Below, piece by piece: positions 60,801-64,000 of a stretch of DNA of 64,000 bases; the stretch's first letter is position 1; every line of letters starts with the position of its first letter. A program made the position numbers and the translations under genes. Under the pieces are notes generated by a model. That model was not told the origin of the DNA. It ran no database searches and was given only the letters and a program-made list of their open reading frames with translations. This stretch comes from Candidatus Marinacidobacterium sp. (GTDB taxonomy: Bacteria; Acidobacteriota; Vicinamibacteria; Marinacidobacterales; Marinacidobacteraceae): assembly GCA_965220965.1 (NCBI GenBank), contig OZ244852.1:1152001-1216000 (forward strand), written 5' to 3'.

Positions 60801-63800
60801 GTGGTTGGCGACGGGACGGCGTCGAGCCAGGAGGTGACCGGGCTGACGAACGGGACCGCCTACGACTTCGAGGTGCGGGCGGTGAACGCCGGGGGCAACG
60901 GTGCGGCCGCGCAGGTGACCGCGACCCCGAACCCGCCGATCCCCGAGGCGCCGGGTCTCACGGCGACGCCGGACGACACGAAGGTGACGCTGAACTGGAC
61001 GGCGCCGACGAACACGACGAACATCGACAAGTACCAGTTCCAGTACCGGACGAGCCCGAGCGGGGCGTGGGTCACCTGGGCGGACGTGGTTGGCGGCGGG
61101 ACGGCGTCGAGCCAGGAGGTCACCGGGCTGACGAACGGGACGGCCTACGACTTCGAGGTGCGGGCGGTGAACGCCGGGGGCAACGGTGCGGCCGCCCAGG
61201 TGACGGCGACCCCGAACCCGCCGCTGCCCGAGGCGCCGGGTCTGTCTGCGACGCCGGACGACACGAAGGTGACGCTGAACTGGACGGCGCCGACGAACAC
61301 GACGAACATCGACAAGTACCAGTTCCAGTACCGGACGAGCCCGAGCGGGGCGTGGGTCACCTGGGCGGACGTGGCGGGCGGCGGGACGGCGTCGAGCCAG
61401 GAGGTCACCGGGCTGACGAACGGGACCGCCTACGACTTCGAGGTGCGGGCGGTGAACAGCGGGGGCAACGGTGCGGCCGCCCAGGTGACCGCGACCCCGA
61501 ACCCGCCGCTGCCCGAGGCGCCGGGTCTCACGGCGACGCCGGACGACACGAAGGTGACGCTGAACTGGACGGCGCCGACGAACACGACGAACATCGACAG
61601 ATACCAGTTCCAGTACCGGACGAGCCCGAGCGGGGCGTGGGTCACCTGGGCGGACGTGGCGGGCGGCGGGACGGCGTCCACCCAGGAGGTCACCGGGCTG
61701 ACGAACGGGACGGCCTACGACTTCGAGGTGCGGGCGGTGAACGCCGGGGGCAACGGGGCGGCCGCCCAGGTGACGGCGACGCCGAACCCGCCGCTGCCCG
61801 AGGCGCCGGGTCTGAGCGCGACGCCGGACGACACGAAGGTGACGCTGAACTGGACGGCGCCGACGAACACGACGAACATCGACAAGTATCAGTTCCAGTA
61901 CCGGACGAGCCCGAGCGGGGCATGGATCACCTGGGCGGACGTGGCTGGCGGCGGGACGGCGTCGAGCCAGGAGGTCACCGGGCTGACGAACGGGACCGCC
62001 TACGACTTCGAAGTGCGGGCGGTGAACGCCGCGGGCAACGGTGTGGCCGCCCAGGTGACGGCGACCCCGAACCCGCCGCTGCCCGAGGCGCCGGGTCTCA
62101 CGGCGACGCCGGACGACACGAAGGTGACGCTGAACTGGACGGCGCCGACGAACACGACGAACATCGACAAGTACCAGTTCCAGTACCGGACGAGCCCGAG
62201 CGGGGCGTGGGTCACCTGGGCGGACGTGGCGGGCGGCGGGACGGCGTCCACCCAGGAGGTCACCGGGCTGACGAACGGGACCGCCTACGACTTCGAGGTC
62301 CGGGCGGTGAACAGCGGAGGCAACGGTGCGGCCGCCCAGGTGACGGCGACCCCGAACCCGCCGCTGCCCGAGGCGCCGGGTCTGAGCGCGACGCCGGACG
62401 ACACGAAGGTGACACTGAACTGGACGGCGCCGACGAACACGACGAACATCGACAAGTACCAGTTCCAGTACCGGACGAGCCCGAGCGGGGCGTGGGTCAC
62501 CTGGGCGGACGTGGCGGGCGGCGGGACCGCGTCGAGCCAGGAGGTGACCGGGCTGACGAACGGGACGGCCTACGACTTCGAGGTGCGGGCGGTGAACGCC
62601 GGGGGCAACGGTGCGGCCGCCCAGGTGACGGCGACCCCGAACCCGCCGCTGCCCGAGGCGCCGGGTCTGTCGGCGACGCCGGACGACACGAAGGTGACGC
62701 TGAACTGGACGGCGCCGACGAACACGACGAACATCGACAAGTACCAGTTCCAGTACCGGACGAGCCCGAGCGGGGCGTGGATCACCTGGGCGGACGTGGC
62801 GGGCGGCGGGATGGCGTCCACCCAGGAGGTCACCGGGCTGACGAACGGGACGGCCTACGACTTCGAGGTGCGGGCGGTGAACGCCGGGGGCAACGGTGCG
62901 GCCGCGCAGGTGACGGCGACCCCGAACCCGCCGCTGCCCGAGGCGCCGGGTCTGTCGGCGACGCCGGACGACACGAAGGTGACGCTGAACTGGACGGCGC
63001 CGACGAACACGACGAACATCGACAAGTACCAGTTCCAGTACCGGACGAGCCCGAGCGGGGCGTGGGTCACCTGGGCGGACGTGGCTGGCGGCGGGACCGC
63101 GTCGAGCCAGGAGGTCACCGGGCTGACGAACGGGACCGCCTACGACTTCGAGGTGCGGGCGGTGAACAGCGGGGGCAACGGTGCGGCCGCCCAGGTGACC
63201 GCGACCCCGAACCCGCCGCTGCCCGAGGCGCCGGGTCTCACGGCGACGCCGGACGACACGAAGGTGACGCTGAACTGGACGGCGCCGACGAACACGACGA
63301 ACATCGACAAGTACCAGTTCCAGTACCGGACGAGCCCGAGCGGGGCGTGGGTCACCTGGGCGGACGTGGCGGGCGGCGGAACGGCGTCGAGCCAGGAGGT
63401 CACCGGGCTGACGAACGGGACCGCCTACGACTTCGAGGTGCGGGCGGTGAACAGCGGGGGCAACGGTGCGGCCGCCCAGGTGACGGCGACCCCGAACCCG
63501 CCGCTGCCCGAGGCGCCGGGTCTCACGGCGACGCCGGACGACACGAAGGTGACGCTGAACTGGACGGCGCCGACGAACACGACGAACATCGACAAGTACC
63601 AGTTCCAGTACCGGACGAGCCCGAGCGGGGCGTGGATCACCTGGGCGGACGTGGCGGGCGGCGGGACGGCGTCCACCCAGGAGGTGACCGGGCTGACGAA
63701 CGGGACCGCCTACGACTTCGAGGTGCGGGCGGTGAACAGCGGGGGCAACGGGGCGGCCGCCCAGGTGACGGCGACCCCGAACCCGCCCGCGCCCGAGGCG

Positions 63801-64000
63801 CCGGGTCTCACGGCGACGCCGGACGACACGAAGGTGACACTGAACTGGACGGCGCCGACGAACACGACGAACATCGACAAGTACCAGTTCCAGTACCGGA
63901 CGAGCCCGAGCGGGGCGTGGGTCACCTGGGCGGACGTGGCGGGCGGCGGGACGGCGTCGAGCCAGGAGGTGACCGGGCTGACGAACGGGACGGCCTACGA
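51810..64000 (+). CDS. Giant secreted fibronectin type III / cadherin-like repeat surface protein (3' end outside the window, >4060 aa)
   Basis: GTG 51810 follows an in-frame stop at 51774. Signal-like N-terminus, FN3 motifs (LxW.AP...Y..RY...GLTNG..Y.FEVRAVN) and cadherin-like NQAP...DPDGD...TATDPGG units. The frame is the same at every point checked. It is absent from the ORF track, consistent with no stop inside the window. Confidence 0.9.
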   Translation, partial: MSPRLHSPGRFARAARAGWIALLPLLAPAIAPAIPSGLDGSAATAVAAQTLVAPDAPGSFTATAGDTEVSLTWTAPTNTTVDSFQIRHKLTSAASFGSWNSVGGGGTTTSHTVTGLLNGMGYTFEVRAVNSAHNGLAALAMATPQLPAPDPPGDFHVYRGNARAWMDWEAPTNTSEINRFEVRYRTAESWPTPAGPFTNWEEVFGGGAANNHEITGLTNGVYYEVELRAVNDTGNSAAVRAYVTPIAGGQRTTRPDITALTPGNQQLTLSWSWTDDTGGLCVAGPGEIFGWEIEYRKTGLAWQPTWLEMTNTADAGVFSIYGMASLRTFVLGPSSSGQYAHEIGVALDPVEYQVRMAAVASACEDLPNFNNSAHSATWSTTLAAAPDAPTGLTATAGDTTVSLSWAPPTNVTNITRFELRYGAAGNLGNWSTVSGGGAANSEIVTGLTNGTLYTFEVRAVNPAGEGPAATTTATPTPPPPDAPGLSATPGDTKVTLNWTAPTNTTDIDKYQFQYRTSPSGAWVTWADVAGGGTASSQEVTGLTNGTAYDFEVRAVNAGGNGAAAQVTATPNPPIPEAPGLSATPDDTKVTLNWTAPTNTTNIDKYQFQYRTSPSGAWVTWADVAGGGTASSQEVTGLTNGTAYDFEVRAVNAGGNGAAAQVTATPNPPLPEAPGLSATPDDTKVTLNWTAPTNTTNIDKYQFQYRTSPSGAWVTWADVAGGGTASSQEVTGLTNGTAYDFEVRAVNSGGNGAAAQVTATPNPPLPEAPGLTATPDDTKVTLNWTAPTNTTNIDKYQFQYRTSPSGAWVTWADVAGGGTASSQEVTGLTNGTAYDFEVRAVNSGGNGAAAQVTATPNPPLPEAPGLTATPDDTKVTLNWTAPTNTTNIDKYQFQYRTSPSGAWITWADVAGGGTASTQEVTGLTNGTAYDFEVRAVNSGGNGAAAQVTATPNPPAPEAPGLTATPDDTKVTLNWTAPTNTTNIDKYQFQYRTSPSGAWVTWADVAGGGTASTQEVTGLTNGTAYDFEVRAVNAGGNGAAAQVTATPNPPLPEAPGLSATPDDTKVTLNWTAPTNTTNIDKYQFQYRTSPSGAWVTWADVAGGGTASTQEVTGLTNGTAYDFEVRAVNSGGNGAAAQVTATPNPPLPEAPGLSATPGDTKVTLNWTAPTNTTNIDKYQFQYRTSPSGAWITWADVAGGGTASTQEVTGLTNGTAYDFEVRAVNAGGNGAAAQVTATPNPPAPEAPGLTATPDDTKVTLNWTAPTNTTNIDKYQFQYRTSPSGAWVTWADVAGGGTASSQEVTGLTNGTAYDFEVRAVNSGGNGAAAQVTATPNPPLPEAPGLTATPDDTKVTLNWTAPTNTTNIDKYQFQYRTSPSGAWVTWADVAGGGTASSQEVTGLTNGTAYDFEVRAVNAGGNGAAAQVTATPNPPLPEAPGLSATPDDTKVTLNWTAPTNTTNIDKYQFQYRTSPSGAWVTWADVAGGGTASSQEVTGLTNGTAYDFEVRAVNAGGNGAAAQVTATPNPPLPEAPGLTATPGDTKVTLNWTAPTNTTNIDKYQFQYRTSPSGAWVTWADVAGGGTASSQEVTGLTNGTAYDFEVRAVNSGGNGAAAQVTATPNPPAPDAPSSFIATAGDAEVALSWTAPTNATITGFEVRHRATTGGSFGNWDPAGGATATSHTVTGLANGTDYTFELRAVNAGVEGLAATATATPLLPAPRFFYATGGDTLVVLNWGAPVTTSPITGYEYRYRKSSATIEGTWTTVPGGASVSTELVRGLENDTEYTFDLRAVNGAFATDRTEPGLATPAPPDNFTATPGDSAVGLSWAIPPANISQITGYQVRHKVTNGGSFVPWDLVFGGANARNTTITGLTNGTNYTFEVRAQNPVEDGLPATTTATPTLGGNQAPTVVGTGIDDQTVAAGATKAVTLAGAFNDPDGDNNDLTYSAVSGDPTKATVSVNGTSLTITGVAMGTATVTVTATDTGGLSATDSFTVTVSGTNQAPTVANPIADQALVAGTTRSVGLISVFSDPEGQPLTFAASSDDPALATVSVSGTTLTINAVAAGTPMVTVTATDPGGLSATDTFTVTVSGTNQAPTVVGSGIADQTVTVGASSDVLLAGVFSDPEGQPMTLTAVSGDTAKATVSVSGTTLTISGLTVGTATVTVTATDPGGLFVTDSFTVTVSPANQPPTVVGTGIDDQTVAAGGTTDVTLAGAFNDPDGDNNDLTYSAVSDDPTKATVSVSGTTLTINGVAMGSAMVTVTATDPGGLSITDTFTVTVSGTNQPPTVVGTGIDDQTVAAGATTAVTLAGAFNDPDGDNNKLTYSAVSGATAQATVSVTGTTLTIAGVAMGTAVVTVTATDPGNLSATDTFTVTVSGTNQPPTVVTGIADQTVTERTSVDVDLAGVFSDPESQALTFAATSNATTTATASVSGTTLTISGLTVGTAMVTVTATDPGGQSITDSLTVTVAAVLPGPPIITNVLGADWSVRMSWDNPTNTSEITSAQFRWRETSSMNWPNWGAKFVPLPSGNSALIPLPNGISHTIQLRVSNSAGDGPPATFSGTPVNSPPVVDNPIPDQTVTVGGMTDVALDGVFGDPSGLPVTLAAVSGDPSKATVSLTKTTLPLRGGDAKLRITGVAVGTATVAVTATDTDGAPVTDSFTVTVEGAPEAPGSLSATPDDTKVTLNWTAPTNATIIDKYQFQYRTSPSGAWITWADVAGGGTASSQEVTGLTNGTAYDFEVRAVNAAGNGTAAQVTATPNPPLPEAPGLTATPDDTKVTLNWTAPTNTTNIDKYQFQYRTSPSGAWITWADVAGGGTASSQEVTGLTNGTAYDFEVRAVNAGGNGAAAQVTATPNPPLPEAPGLSATPDDTKVTLNWTAPTNTTNIDKYQFQYRTSPSGAWVTWADVAGGGTASTQEVTGLTNGTAYDFEVRAVNAGGNGAAAQVTATPNPPLPEAPGLTATPDDTKVTLNWTAPTNTTNIDKYQFQYRTSPSGAWVTWADVVGDGTASSQEVTGLTNGTAYDFEVRAVNAGGNGAAAQVTATPNPPIPEAPGLTATPDDTKVTLNWTAPTNTTNIDKYQFQYRTSPSGAWVTWADVVGGGTASSQEVTGLTNGTAYDFEVRAVNAGGNGAAAQVTATPNPPLPEAPGLSATPDDTKVTLNWTAPTNTTNIDKYQFQYRTSPSGAWVTWADVAGGGTASSQEVTGLTNGTAYDFEVRAVNSGGNGAAAQVTATPNPPLPEAPGLTATPDDTKVTLNWTAPTNTTNIDRYQFQYRTSPSGAWVTWADVAGGGTASTQEVTGLTNGTAYDFEVRAVNAGGNGAAAQVTATPNPPLPEAPGLSATPDDTKVTLNWTAPTNTTNIDKYQFQYRTSPSGAWITWADVAGGGTASSQEVTGLTNGTAYDFEVRAVNAAGNGVAAQVTATPNPPLPEAPGLTATPDDTKVTLNWTAPTNTTNIDKYQFQYRTSPSGAWVTWADVAGGGTASTQEVTGLTNGTAYDFEVRAVNSGGNGAAAQVTATPNPPLPEAPGLSATPDDTKVTLNWTAPTNTTNIDKYQFQYRTSPSGAWVTWADVAGGGTASSQEVTGLTNGTAYDFEVRAVNAGGNGAAAQVTATPNPPLPEAPGLSATPDDTKVTLNWTAPTNTTNIDKYQFQYRTSPSGAWITWADVAGGGMASTQEVTGLTNGTAYDFEVRAVNAGGNGAAAQVTATPNPPLPEAPGLSATPDDTKVTLNWTAPTNTTNIDKYQFQYRTSPSGAWVTWADVAGGGTASSQEVTGLTNGTAYDFEVRAVNSGGNGAAAQVTATPNPPLPEAPGLTATPDDTKVTLNWTAPTNTTNIDKYQFQYRTSPSGAWVTWADVAGGGTASSQEVTGLTNGTAYDFEVRAVNSGGNGAAAQVTATPNPPLPEAPGLTATPDDTKVTLNWTAPTNTTNIDKYQFQYRTSPSGAWITWADVAGGGTASTQEVTGLTNGTAYDFEVRAVNSGGNGAAAQVTATPNPPAPEAPGLTATPDDTKVTLNWTAPTNTTNIDKYQFQYRTSPSGAWVTWADVAGGGTASSQEVTGLTNGTAY
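53238..56657 (+). repeat. 12 tandem 285-bp (95-aa) FN3 repeats, block 1
   Basis: The TACGACTTCGAGGT motif recurs every 285 bp from ~53450 to ~56585. Confidence 0.95.
57507..59205 (+). repeat. Six diverged cadherin-like/Ig-like repeats (~93-96 aa); a seventh at ~59492-59790
   Basis: Each begins NQ(A/P)PTV and contains F(N/S)DP(D/E) and VTATD(P/T)G...TD(S/T)(F/L)TVTV. Confidence 0.85.
59799..64000 (+). repeat. About 15 tandem 285-bp FN3 repeats, block 2 (last one truncated by the window end)
   Basis: Same unit as block 1; the motif recurs every 285 bp from ~60005 to ~63995. Confidence 0.95.

Noticed and set aside
1-64000. tRNA, rRNA, transposase, integrase or canonical parS (TGTTTCACGTGAAACA)
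   Set aside because: None recognised by eye. selC (tRNA-Sec) and selAB were not seen either, so the Sec calls depend on genes outside this window.

Overview
A very GC-rich bacterial chromosomal segment. Gene content (many PQQ-type beta-propellers, S9 peptidases, spondin, ankyrin, FN3 and cadherin-like proteins) suggests an Acidobacteriota-like, possibly host- or sponge-associated organism; this is inference only. Main results: (1) The window appears to contain the replication terminus. A 28-bp dif-like site lies at 39100-39127, and GGGNAGGG (KOPS) polarity flips across it. The site is preceded by three ~70-bp repeats made of inverted copies of its XerC arm. About 3-5 kb away is a recN-miaB-nuclease-parA-parB operon followed by a perfect 16-bp non-canonical parS-like palindrome. 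(2) Three selenoprotein genes were split by the ORF track at in-frame UGA codons. They are a two-domain thioredoxin (UPWC), an OsmC-like protein (GGU) and an exported AhpC/TSA-like protein (UPFC), each with a SECIS-like hairpin. (3) Two copies of a 182-bp MITE are present: one breaks an ABC/AAA-type ATPase gene and the other sits in the 5' end of an Fe-alcohol dehydrogenase gene. (4) Eight PQQ-like beta-propeller genes lie within ~18 kb. (5) A giant (>4000 aa) FN3/cadherin-like surface protein, missing from the ORF track, runs off the window end and carries ~27 near-identical 285-bp repeats. All analysis was by eye; no searches were run.
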